From: Macrostomum hystrix
Lineage: Eukaryota; Animalia; Platyhelminthes
Assembly (NCBI GenBank): GCA_950097015.1
Contig: CATNEN010000012.1
Coordinates: 2,790,001 to 2,854,000, forward strand
Direction of reading: 5' to 3'
DNA: 64,000 bases
Below are positions 47,335 to 60,189 of this stretch, piece after piece; position 1 is the first letter of the stretch; every line of letters begins with the position of its first letter. Made by a program: the position numbers and the translations under genes. The notes below the pieces were generated by a model. It made no database searches. It was not told the DNA's origin and saw only the letters and a list, made by a program, of their open reading frames with translations.

Positions 47335-47873
47335 ACTTTCTTGCCCATCTCTCCCTTCTACCCCTTCTCACTCTCTTGCCCATCTACCCATTCTACCCCT
47401 TCTCACTCTCTTGCCCATTTCCCCCTTCTACCCCTTCTCACTCTCTTGCCCATCTACCCATTCTACCCCTTCTCCCTTTCTTGCCCATCTCCCCCTTCTA
47501 CCCCTTCTCACTCTATTGCCTATCTACCCATTCTACCCCTTCTCACTCTATTGCCCATCTACCCATTCTACCCCTTCTCACTTTCTTGCCCATCTCCCCC
47601 TTCTACCCCTTCTCACTCTCTTGCCCATCTCCCCCTTCTACCCCTTCTCACTCTCTTGCCCATCTCCCCCTTCTACCCCTTCTCACTCTATTGCCCATCT
47701 CCCCCTTCTACCCCTTCTCACTCTCTTGCCCATCTCCCCATTCTACCCCTTCTCACTCTCTTGCCCATCTACCCATTCTACCCCTTCTCACTCTCTTGCC
47801 CATCTCCCCCTTCTACCCCTTCTCACTCTCTTGCCCATCTCCCCATTCTACCCCTTCTCACTTTCTTGCCCAT
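47335..47873. repeat. Minisatellite, 35-nt unit cccatctcccccttctaccccttctcactctcttg
   Basis: Same period as the 42940 array and shares ttctaccccttctc. Confidence 0.95.
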
Positions 47874-48589
47874 TGAATGAATTGAAAGAATAGCCGTTAA
47901 CTTTAATTGATTTATAAATAGAGGATTCGCATACCGGTGCTGTTTCGCAGCTGATTAATTATTCCACTTGGTGGAAGCAGGCGAGGCGATGGAGTCTAAT
48001 TGAGAAAAGCATTTTTTCTAGCTGAAACAAAATTAAACAACTGGTGGTGGTGCCGCAGCAAACACTATTCTGATCCAGCGACTCCGCTGTTGTTGTTGCT
48101 GCTGTCAAAGTGACAATGAGAGAGTGCCGTTGGCAGCCAGATAAATCGCCTCAGGGGTTTTTAACTGTCACGCCTCAGAGCGCAACAATTCACGGAGGTC
48201 GGGGGCCCTGGCAACCTGCATAGGCAATGCTTATTAGATTTCAGTTTTAGTGCGGGCAAGTGTCAGATGCCTTCGCAGTTTTGCGCCCTCAGGGGCTGCA
48301 AGCTTCATGGATTCTGCAGGTGCCTGTAATTTGTTGGGTTGGGCCGAATTTCTATGACGTCATTTCTTTGGCGATTGCTTACAACAAAGACATGACTTCT
48401 TCCACTCAGTCTTATAACATTTTTATTATAAGCTCGTATGTTGACTGTGTAATCATGGCTTATTTTACCAGCATTTTTAAATAAATTCGCTAGTTTCGTT
48501 GCCATAAACTATTTTGCAATGCCCCCCGGTCACTTTGTTCAGATCACTCTGGAAACCTAGATATTAAAAGTTAACTTTAAACTTTCAGG

Positions 48590-49645
48590 GCCGCTAATCC
48601 GACTTTCATTGCCGCTTACCTCCGACTTTCAGGCTAGCTAACCTCCAACTTTCAGGTCCGCTAACCTCCGACTTTCATTGCCGCTAACCTCCGACTTTCA
48701 GGCTAGCTAACCTCCAACTTTCAGGTCCGCTAACCTCCGACTTTCATTGCCGTTAAACTCAGACTTTCAGGGCAGCTAACCTCCGACTTTCAGGGCAGCT
48801 AACCTCCGACTTTCAGGTCCGCTAACCTCCGACTTTCATTGCCGTTAAACTCAGACTTTCAGGGCAGCTAACCTCCGACTTTCAGGGCAGCTAACCTCCG
48901 ACTTTCAGGTCCGCTAACCTCCGACTTTCATTGCCGTTAAACTCAGACTTTCAGGGCAGCTAACCTCCGACTTTCAGGGCAGCTAACCTCCGACTTTCAG
49001 GTCCGCTAACCTCCGACTTTCATTGCCGTTAAACTCAGACTTTCAGGGCAGCTAACCTCCGACTTTCAGGGCAGCTAACCTCCGACTTTCAGGTCCGCTA
49101 ACCTCCGACTTTCAGGGCAGCTAACCTCCGACTTTCAGGGCAGCTAACCTCCGACTTTCAGGGCAGCTAACCTCCGACTTTCATTGCCGTTAAACTCAGA
49201 CTTTCAGGGTAGCTAACCTCCGACTTTCAGGGCAGCTAACCTCCGACTTTCATTGCCGCTAACCTCCGACTTTCAGGGCAGCTAACCTCCGACTTTCATT
49301 GCCGCTAACCTCCGACTTTCAGGGCAGCTAACCTCCGACTTTCATTGCCGCTAACCTCCGACTTTCAGGGCAGCTAACCTCCGACTTTCATTGCAGCTAA
49401 CCTCCGACTTTCATTGCCGCTAACCTCCGACTTTCATTGCCGCTAACCTCCGACTTTCATTGCCGCTAACCTCCGACTTTCATTGCCGTTAAACTCAGAC
49501 TTTCAGGGCAGCTAACCTCCGACTTTCAGGGCAGCTAACCTCCGACTTTCAGGGCAGCTAACCTCCGACTTTCAGGGCAGCTAACCTCCGACTTTCATTG
49601 CCGTTAAACTCCGACTTTCAGGGCAGCTAACCTCCGACTTTCAGG
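48590..49645. repeat. Minisatellite, 23-nt unit gctaacctccgactttcagggca with variants
   Basis: Direct reading. Confidence 0.95.
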
Positions 49646-51297
49646 GCCCCTATCTGGTCAACGGAGTGGCTGATGTTAAACATATCATTAGATAGGCATA
49701 GGATTTGATCCTAGCAATAAAACTTCATTGATGGTCGCATTTTGGAATTATTTATTAAATTTGGCACCTCTCAGCACCTGCTGTAAAAGTGTCGCCCGTC
49801 AAATTAATTGGCCCTGCTGCTCAATGTCGGCATTCTATGGGACGTTTGATCTGTTCCCGATCGGAATAACTCAAAAACAAAATTATTTTTGGTCTCAGGA
49901 GTTTAGTTAAAGTATTGGTTTTCAAATTTTAGCAGGAAATTGGCCTGCTCAAAAAGAGTTTGCTGGCAAGGGAAAAATATTTGCGCTTTCTTAGAAAACC
50001 AGCAAGTGCTCCACTTTTTTCTCTTTTTTCTTTAATGGAAAAGGGAAAAGTTTCGATTGGACCGCAGCCTTCCCACTGACGCTGCCAACGAAGCTGTTGA
50101 CGAGAAAAAGTCAAAACAGTTTCTTTATTCTCTGCCTCCTTTCCCATCGGCAAGCCCTTGACATCGCCCCGCTACTGTAGACTGGTTGCCGGCGAAAAGA
50201 CTAAAGAAATAGGAAACCTTTTTTCTGTGGATGGGAAAACAAAAAAATCCTGTCCCAACTTTGGGAGAAAACATTTGTAGCTTTCCCCCCGCCTGGCGTG
50301 AGCTGAGTATAGGACTTGCCGCTTGAGCTGCTAGAGTATTCCGTCTGATGCGAGCTCCTAATTGTACCATCCTGCCTCACAACAGTTTCATGTTGTCTGT
50401 CGTTTCTAGCGCTAAGACACCGCTAAGTAGGACTACCAAGCCATTTTGCCGCCCGTTTTTATACCAAGGGGGGATTTCAGCCCTGAAAAAAAATTTGGCA
50501 GCTTCCGAATGCTAGCAGCTTTGGGTGGTGACTGATTGGTTGACAGACTAATCAGGCGATGGTGTCCTCTGGTCGAGCTGCGCCTAGTATTTCGGCTTGA
50601 TCAGTGAAATTGGAGAAATTCGCGTCAGGGTGTCCATAGTGGCCTATTTTTTCACCTGTTGTAGCCCTTGAAGGTCCAGCAAATCCGTCTAGATAAAGGT
50701 AGGTGACCACCGAAGACGGAGATGATGCAGGCACATTCGGGTGACATGCTGATAAATGTTTGAAGGCCTGGCAAGGCCGCACTGAGGCACAGTGCTAATT
50801 CGTGTCTGTATGAAATGGTGTACTGAAAACCGCAGTAGAAATGGCTTGGTAGTCCTACTGTGAAGGATCTCAATGCTAAAACGGTACTCAGAAATGCCCC
50901 AAAAAGTGTTCGAATGCAACGTACTTGCTGTCCCTACTTTATTTGTCACACAAATCGTTTGGCGCATCGTAGATGAAGCGTGTGTGAGAAACTGCAAATT
51001 TGAATGCAACTCAAGGTGCAAATCTTTATGGATTTGCAACCTAATAGGCTAGAGTCGTATAGGCTTTTTGAACAATGCGACGTCGGCGGTGGCTGCGGCG
51101 CCGGCGGCGGCGGCGGCTTTGTTTCATCGGTTTAATTAACCTTTCCCTTACCCCGTCTTCCCAGTCCTAATTAAGCGCGGCTTTTTTTAAAGAAAATAAA
51201 GTAGGATAGAGAGTGACTGGAAGATACGCTCGTAATGCATCGATAATCGAAAGCCAATTTAAATCGGGTAAGAAATTCAGGCAACGCAGAAAGAGTT

Positions 51298-51785
51298 GAG
51301 GAGAGACTGGAGAGTGACAAGAGGGGTGATGAGAGACTGGAGAGTGACAAGAGTAGTGAGGAGAGACTGGAGAGTGACAAGAGGAGTGATGAGAGACTGG
51401 AGAGTGACAAGAGTAGTGAGGAGAGACTGGAGAGTGACAAGAGTAGTGAGGAGAGACTGGAGAGTGACAAGAGTAGTGAGGAGAGACTGGAGAGTGACAA
51501 GAGTAGTGAGGAGAGACTGGAGAGTGACAAGAGTAGTGATGAGAGACTGGAGAGTGAAAAGAGTAGTGATGAGAGACTGGAGAGTGACAAGAGTAGTGAT
51601 GAGAGACTGGAGAGTGAAAAGAGTAGTGAGGAGAGACTGGAGAGTGACAAGAGGGGTGATGAGAGGCTGGAGAGTGACAAGAGTAGTGAGGAGAGACTGG
51701 AGAGTGACAAGAGGGGTGATGAGAGACTTGAGAGTGACAAGAGGGGTAATGGGAGACTTGAGAGTGACAAGAGGGAGTTGAGTAG
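51298..51785. repeat. Purine-rich minisatellite, 30-nt unit gagagactggagagtgacaagagtagtgag
   Basis: Direct reading. Confidence 0.95.
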
Positions 51786-52419
51786 AGACTGCTTTAGACT
51801 AGAATTAGCTCCAGAAGCAGTTCAATGGCTATTATTACACGCTAAACGCATGGCAGATTGGAAGTTGTCTCACAGGCTCCACTGCGAATAGTGTGTCCAA
51901 ACCCCGCTTTGAAGAGCTTTATCCGGAAAAAATAGTGAAGTGGAGAAAACACCGGAAGATAGACGGAGACAGAGAGAGAGAGAGACAGTGGTTCCACACG
52001 AACCCGGAGGGCAAGCCAAGACTTCGCTGTTGACATGAGTAGTCGATCGTCTTGGTCTTGGCTAGGGCTGAGCAGGAAGAAGATTCCACCGTTGTTGAGT
52101 TCCGTTCATTGCGTCGCAATGCCGGGTCGGAGTCTGCGCTTGCACTCGATGACTCTTCAGCTTCATCCACGGCGTCTGCCCTCGGGCGTGAGGTTGGTTG
52201 GCGGACTCGTGATCATGCCTGTGTCTGTGGCTTGTGTTGGTCTCCTCTTTCATCCAGTTCACCATCCATTATTGAATGATGATGAGGCTGCGACTGCTTC
52301 ATGCGGTTATTAACAGCATATTGCTCTCGCGTGGTTGCGAGCCGCATTCCTGGGAAGATAGAAATAGAGATGGAAACTAAGGTAGCTTGACAGACGGGAG
52401 GCATGTTTTACAGGTTGGG

Positions 52420-52680
52420 CAGGGTAGACAGTTAGGTAGACAGGGTAGACAGTTAGGTAGACAGGGTAGACAGTTAGGTAGACAGGGTAGACAGTTAGGT
52501 AGACAGGGTAGACAGTTAGGTAGACAGGGTAGACAGTTAGGTAGACAGGGTAGACAGTTAGGTAGACAGGGTAGACAGTTAGGTAGACAGTTAGGTAGAC
52601 AGGGTAGACAGTTAGGTAGACAGGGTAGACAGTTAGGTAGACAGGGTAGACAGTTAGGTAGACAGGGTAGATAGTTAGTT
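52420..52680. repeat. Minisatellite, 21-nt unit gtagacagggtagacagttag
   Basis: Direct reading. Confidence 0.94.
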
Positions 52681-52829
52681 TGACAGTAAGGACAGGTAGA
52701 CTGGTAGATAGTTTCGACACACGGGAAGACAGGTAGACAAACAAATAGACACGGTCGAAACACAGGTAAACAGACGGGTAGACAGAAAGGGTCGACAGAC
52801 AGGGCCGAAAGATTGACGAGAATACAGAC

Positions 52830-54045
52830 AGGTAGACAGACAAACAGGGTGGATAGGTGGACAGACAGACAGGGTGGATAGGTGGACAGACAGACAGCGT
52901 GGATAGGTAGACAGACAGACAGGGTGGATAGGTGGACAGACAAACAGGGTGGATAGGTTGACAGACAGACAGGGTGGATAGGTAGACAGACAAACAGGGT
53001 GGGATAGGTAGACAGACAGACAGGGTGGATAGGTAGACAGACAGACAGGGTGGATAGGTAGACAGACAAACAGGGTGGGATAGGTAGACAGACAGACAGG
53101 GTGGATAGGTAGACAGACAGACAGAGTGGATAGGTAGACAGACAGACAGGGTGGATAGGTGACAGACAGACAGAGTGGATAGGTAGACAGACGAACAGGG
53201 TGGATAGGTGGACAGACAGACAGAGTGGATAGGTAGACAGACGAACAGGGTGGATAGGTGGACAGACAGACAGAGTGGATAGGTAGACAGACAAACAGGG
53301 TGGGATAGGTAGACAGACAAACATGGTGGATAGGTAGACAGACAAACAGGGTGGATAGGTTGACAGACAGACAGAGTGGATAGGTAGACAGACAAACAGG
53401 GTGGATAGGTTGACAGACAGACAGAGTGGATAGGTAGACAGACGAACAGGGTGGATAGGTGGACAGACAGACAGGGTGGATAGGTAGACAGACGAACAGG
53501 GTGGATAGGTGGACAGACAGACAGGGTGGATAGGTGGACAGACGAACAGGGTGGATAGGTGGACAGACAGACAGGGTGGATAGGTAGACAGACGAACAGG
53601 GTGGATAGGTGGACAGACAGACAGAGTGGATAGGTAGACAGACAAACGGGTGGGATAGGTAGACAGACAAACATGGTGGATAGGTAGACAGACAAACAGG
53701 GTGGATAGGTTGACAGACAGACAGAGTGGATAGGTAGACAGACAAACAGGGTGGATAGGTTGACAGACAGACAGGGTGGATAGGTAGACAGACGAACAGG
53801 GTGGATAGGTGGACAGACAGACAGGGTGGATAGGTAGACAGACGAACAGGGTGGATAGGTGGACAGACAAACAGGGTGGATAGGTGGACAGACGAACAGG
53901 GTGGATAGGTGGACAGACAGACAGGGTGGATAGGTAGACAGACGAACAGGGTGGATAGGTGGACAGACAGACAGGGTGGATAGGTGGACAGACAGACAGG
54001 GTGGATAGGTGGACAGACAGACAGGGTGGATAGGTGGACAGACAG
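52830..54045. repeat. Minisatellite, 25-nt unit gggtggataggtagacagacagaca
   Basis: Direct reading. Confidence 0.95.
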
Positions 54046-55029
54046 ATGCTCGCTTTGTAAGAATGGAGACAAAAGCAGAAGGAAATTACAAAAAAACATC
54101 ACATTAATGATTCTATCACAGATTAACATATTGATTGCTTGACAGCGGTTTCGTTTTAAGGATTTTTTGTTTTAATTCTCATTAGAATTTCAGTTGCCAC
54201 GGCTTGGGGTAGGGCCTCTAGTGGAGATCAAAGACGGCCAACAGGAAACAGCAGCACGCGGACCGGAAATCTTGGGACAGCGGGGCGATCCTAAATTAGC
54301 CGAAGCATTTCGCCCTACTGAATTCTGATCACTTGACCCGGAGGTAGGGGAGGTGAGGTGAGGGAGGTAAAAGGGTTCGTCACACCTGCCCTCCGCCGGC
54401 ACCCGTCACTAGATTGCCCATGTAACAATTTCTTCTAGTTGAATTCTCAAAGATTCTAAGATCTGCCTGTATCTAGGGGAACTGTGCACGGTGAAGAGAA
54501 CACCCAAATCCACCACGCCGTGTCTAAAACTCGGAGTCAAATGATAATTGTTGGGAAGGGAGGTAGGGAGGGGCACAAAAAATATATTCCCAACGGAATC
54601 GAGCCACAGCCTCGAGGGGATAACGGGTGGGATGGAAAATTCGTTCCTGTTTTCGGTTTCGAAATAAAAAATTGGACTGCCATGACAAACGGTTCCGGGA
54701 CTAGCTAAGGGAGCTGAGAATGATTATTCAGAGAAGGCCCATAGATACTATCACCAGTTAGGATAGAGGAAGACACAATGAGATGCCCTTGGGGGCATTT
54801 TTAGCCTTTCTAAATTCTTCTACTCAACTATAGAAATTTGAATTATTTGCCGGCAAAAACTATGTCTTCCAAGAATTGTCTTCGAAAATATAATATGTTC
54901 TTTGCCAGAATTCAATTTGGCAAAATTCGATTACATCATTCGATTGAAAATAATCGATAGATCTATCGAAATTAGATCTATGAGTATTGGTATATTATAT
55001 CTGTGATTTAAAATCTATGAGATCTGTGA

Positions 55030-55838
55030 CCCAGATCTATGAGATCTATGAGAATGATCTATAAGATCTATGAGAATGATCTATAATATCAATGATCTAT
55101 AAGATTTATGAGAATGATCTATAAGATCTATGAGAATTATCTATAAGATCTATGAGAATGATCTATAAGATCTATGAGAATGATCTATAAGATCTATGAG
55201 AATGATCTATAATATCAATGATCTATAAGATTTATGAGAATGATCTATAAGATCTATGAGAATGATCTATAATATCTATGAGAATGATCTATAATATCTA
55301 TGAGAATTATCTATAAGATCTATGAGAATGATCTATAAGATCTATGAGAATGATCTATAATATCTATGATAATGATCTATAAGATTTATGAGAATGATCT
55401 ATAAGATCTATGAGAATGATCTATAATATCTATGTGAATGATCTATAAGATCTATGAGAATGATCTATAAGATCTATGAGAATGATCTATAATATCTATG
55501 AGAATTATCTATAAGATCTATGAGAATGATCTATAAGATCTATGAGAATGATCTATAAGATCTATGAGAATGATCTATAATATCTATGATAATGATCTAT
55601 AAGATTTATGAGAATGATCTATAAGATCTATGAGAATGATCTATAATATCTATGTGAATGATCTATAAGATCTATGAGAATGATCTATAATATCTATGAT
55701 AATGATCTATAAGATCTATGAGAATGATCTATAATATCTATGAGAATGATCTATAAGATCTATGAGAATGATCTATAAGATCTATGAGAATGATCTATAA
55801 TATCTATGAGAATGATCTATAAGATCTATGAGAATGAT
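55030..55838. repeat. Minisatellite, 22-nt unit gatctatgagaatgatctataa
   Basis: Direct reading. Confidence 0.95.
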
Positions 55839-57296
55839 GCGTGAGATCAATAAATTTTGTTCAATTGGATCTATGAATATTGAACCAAGAGATCTTTGAG
55901 ATGAGATTTCTGAGTATCTATAAGAGATTTATGAGAATTTCAAGTTAATCTCGTTGATTTTCACTAGAAAAAATAGTCAAAATTCTAGTTGTTATCTCAT
56001 AGATTAGTTAGTAGACATTGATTTCCAGATTAGGTGAGTCTATTGCATTAATAACGCATTCTATTTGCTGATTTTATTTGGGTCGCTATTTCCCCATTGA
56101 CACTTAACTAACTGGTCCCCAGTGTCGGTTGATGGGACTGTCTGTTCATACAACGCCTCATTGAATTGTCCGCTGAGGTGCTGGCAGACAACGGACCAAA
56201 GATGAGAGGGACAGTGACGAAGAGACAAAGCGGTTCCCCGCTGAGTTTAGTTAAGGCCGCTTTGAAAGCAATGGGATTTGGGAATTTCCGCTTAGCCCTG
56301 TGCCTGCCACCAAAAACTGCCGGCCCTGGGAGCATTGATGTTTGGGGAGCCAATTTTGTGTCACCTCTTTAGCCGGTGGAGTGACGGGTCGGGGCCAATG
56401 CCACCCGCTTAGAATAACAGAGCAGTCACTGCCGGACCTTGAGTGGCCACTTTTTCCTCTTCCATTCCCCCACCTCTTCATTCCCCACTCTTTTTCTTTG
56501 CCTCTTCAGAGGGGAGCAGAAAGCAAAATTCAGGCCGAGCTAATTCTACTCAAGAGCGGGCAGGTGCTGTATGGGACCCATTCTTTGCCTTTCCCTGCCT
56601 GTGTGCTATGCTTAGCATATTTCTATTATTGTTATCGCACTTTTTGAGGAAATTAAGTAACCCCGCTCAGCCAGATCTGCTTCTTCCTGTTTCTTTCTCT
56701 TTTCCTTATTATTTTCCATGCAACCTTTTTTCCCATTCTCCCTTCCTTTTCACTCTCTGCTCTCTGTTCTTGAATGTTCCACTGGCATTTTTTTCTAAAA
56801 CACTAATAATGCTCAGGAGAGAAATAGGGGGTAGGGGGGTTGAAGTTTTGAAGGAAAATGAGCAGCCCATCATAACCAAACCAATGCAGCTCTTTGTTAA
56901 TTTATTATTGATAGCGGAAACCCAAACCGACTTGCGGGCCACGGAATGGCAAGTATAGAGAAAACTGTTAAGAAAAAGTGGCGAATTCATTTTACTCGGC
57001 ACAGACTCACATCTCGCGACAGAATCCGGTACCGAACAAAAAATTCCACAGCTTACTCAGTTATTCAGCTCAGTCGTCCGCCAAACTCAATTCCCAGCCT
57101 CACCAAGTCTCAGAGAACTAACTCACACAGTCCGGCTTGTTTTACGAAGTTTATTTTTCTTAATCCCAGCGCGTACCATTTCTTGCTTTCCCCTCAGCCC
57201 CTCCCTCGCGTGCTTAGGCAGAGACTGGGAAAATTTCGGTTAAGGGGGATAAAAAATCTTGGGGTGGGGGTGGAGGCTGAGTTTCTCCATCCCCCG

Positions 57297-57298
57297 CA

Positions 57299-57337
<39 letters not shown>

Positions 57338-57355
57338 GCCGCCGCCACCGCCTTG
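57297..57355. repeat. (CCG)n microsatellite
   Basis: Direct reading. Confidence 0.9.
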
Positions 57356-57744
57356 CACTGTCGTTTTAACGTTACAGAACAGGCTGGAAGAAGAACGAGA
57401 TGAAGAAGAAGAAACACTGCAGTTTCTCTTACTCCTTTCTTTTTATTCTGTCTTTTTTTTCTCTAAAATTCTCGTTACATTGTCTCCCAGTTTTTTCTAA
57501 GTTGTCAGCCCCAAATGGAGTGGGGATCTAAATAGAGTTTGAATCCCCATTTAATAAACTGCCAGCTAGCCTTTTTTCTCTCTAATTTTATTTCCCACTC
57601 ATCTTTGCGTTGCGTCTTCTTTTTATAAAAAAAGTGAGAACCGTCCGGGAAAGAAGAACTGCAAAAATAAGGAATGGCATATATGAGATGCTTCAGTCAA
57701 CAACATGATAGTTCAGACTGAAACTTGACAATCCAGATTTTCGA

Positions 57745-58150
57745 TCAAAACTCACAATCCACAAACTTCACAATCCACAAACTTCACAATCTACAAACTT
57801 CACAATCCACAAACTTCACAATTCACAAACTTCACAATTCACAAACTTCACAATTCACAAACTTCACAATTCACAAACTTCACAATTCACAAACTTCACA
57901 ATCCACAAACTTCACAATTCACAAACTTCACAATCTACAAACTTCACAATTCACAAACTTCACAATTCACAAACTTCACAATTCACAAACTTCACAATCC
58001 ACAAACTTCACAATTCACAAACTTCACAATTCACAAACTTCACAATTCACAAACTTCACAATTCACAAACTTCACAATTCACAAACTTCACAATTCACAA
58101 ACTTCACAATTCACAAACTTCACAATTCACAAACTTCACAATCTACAAAC
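57745..58150. repeat. Minisatellite, 16-nt unit cacaaacttcacaatt
   Basis: Direct reading. Confidence 0.95.
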
Positions 58151-58599
58151 TTTAAAATACTTTTGTTATAACGAATTTAATTGCTTTATATAATTCTTTT
58201 GAACATTTCTAACAAAATTTAATTAGGCAGTGACTTTTTGTGAAATTCTTTTTCTATTTGTACTGTTTATCTTTTTAACAAGCAGGTGCTAATCGAGGCA
58301 CAGCTAATGCTATTATTGTTACAATTTCTGACCCCATCAAGTTTGCTACAATTGTATAATTTGAAGCCGCAAATGATAGATAAAGAAAAAAAACCTGTAA
58401 ATTCAAGTGTCTTCTGCTCAGCTCAGCTTAGTTGCTGCTTTTTTTGCCATCGCGATGCTAAGCGCAGGTGTTTTACCGCCCAAAAAGCACCACTTGACAG
58501 GCACTGCTTCAGGGCTGACAGAGTAAAGCCAAGCAACATTGCGAAAGTAGATAATGGCTATGACAACCGGGCTCTCTGAGAACTGTTCAATGCACGTCC

Positions 58600-59593
58600 C
58601 TCACTCTCTGATTCACTCTCTGATTCACTCTCTGATTCACTCTCTGATTCACTCTCTGATTCGCTCTCTGATTCACTCTCTGATTCACTCTCTGATTCAC
58701 TCTCTGATTCGCCCTCTGATTCACTCTCTGATTCACTCTCTGATTCGCTCTCTGATTCACTCTCTGATTCACTCTCTGATTCACTCTCTGATTCACTCTC
58801 TGATTCACTCTCTGATTCGCTCTCTGATTCACTCTCTGATTCACTCTCTGATTCACTCTCTGATTCACTCTCTGATTCACTCTCTGATTCACTCTCTGAT
58901 TCACTCTCTGATTCACTCTCTGATTCAATCTCTGATTCACTCTCTGATTCACTCTCTGATTCGCTCTCTGATTCACTCTCTGATTCACTCTCTGATTCAC
59001 TCTCTGATTCACTCTCTGATTCACTCTCTGATTCGCTCTCTGATTCACTCTCTGATTCACTCTCTGATTCACTCTCTGATTCACTCTCTGATTCACTCTC
59101 TGATTCACTCTCTGATTCACTCCCTGATTCGCTCTCTGATTCACTCTCTGATTCACTCTCTGATTCAATCTCTGATTCACTCTCTGATTCACTCTCTGAT
59201 TCACTCTCTGATTCACTCTCTGATTCACTCTCTGATTCACTCTCTGATTCGCTCTCTGATTCACTCTCTGATTCACTCTCTGATTCACTCTCTGATTCAC
59301 TCTCTGATTCACTCTCTGATTCACTCTGATTCACTCTGATTCACTCTCTGATTCACTCTCTGTTTCACTCTCTGATTCACTCTCTGATTCACTCTGATTC
59401 ACTCTCTGATTCACTCTCTGATTCACTCTCTGATTCACTCTCTGATTCGCTCTCTGATTCACTCTCTGATTCACTCTCTGATTCACTCTCTGATTCACTC
59501 TCTGATTCACTCTCTGATTCACTCTCTGATTCGCTCTCTGATTCACTCTCTGATTCACTCTCTGATTCACTCTCTGATTCACTCTCTGATTCA
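58600..59593. repeat. Minisatellite, 12-nt unit tcactctctgat
   Basis: Direct reading. Confidence 0.96.
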
Positions 59594-60189
59594 CTGAATG
59601 CACCACCAGTCCCATCTGTTTCTGAGCACAGTCTATTAGGTTGCATTTCTCGCTTATTTAGTATCATAGCTACTAGCATAGGAATTCAGTGTGACAGCTC
59701 ACTAGCCAGACCTGCATGCCAAATGAGCTGCTCAGGTGTGCCGGCAAGTGTGCCAGACTTGCCTAGTCTCAAATAGGCATTAATTAAGGCCGAGTATTGT
59801 CTCGCAGCTTGGTTACAGGGAGGCATTGTCAAAGTGGCCGCATTGTGCAGCCCGCATAGACCTCCGGGCTTCAGACTTTGAGAGCACGACTGAGGCCTGT
59901 CTAGTCGATCTGCCGGACGAAGCCCTTACTTGCTACCCTACTCAAAAATTTTCCTTTTAACACTCGATTGTCTCTTGAGCAGTCTTTTAAAATTCTGCCC
60001 CTAGGGGGAAATTGGTAGGTGAAAAATCAAATTAGCTACTTTCAGTTCCAAACAGATACCGCGGGACAGGTCCCTTCGTTTGCATAATGAGCATCAGAAA
60101 CAACCATTTTAGCTGCCTACTTTCTACTACCCTGTATGACTCGCCCTCACTGCCTCCTTGAAACTATTCCTCTCATGAGCTTCCTCATA

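Noticed and set aside
2890-49645. Minisatellites resembling CRISPR arrays
   Set aside because: Units are head-to-tail without unique spacers, the DNA is eukaryotic, and there are no cas genes.
50552-50782. YLDGFAGP resembling a bacterial methyltransferase-like motif
   Set aside because: Only 7 residues, with no further similarity and no ORF context.
48590-52680. TTAGG/CTAACC telomere-like words in array units
   Set aside because: Single embedded words, not tandem TTAGGG tracts.
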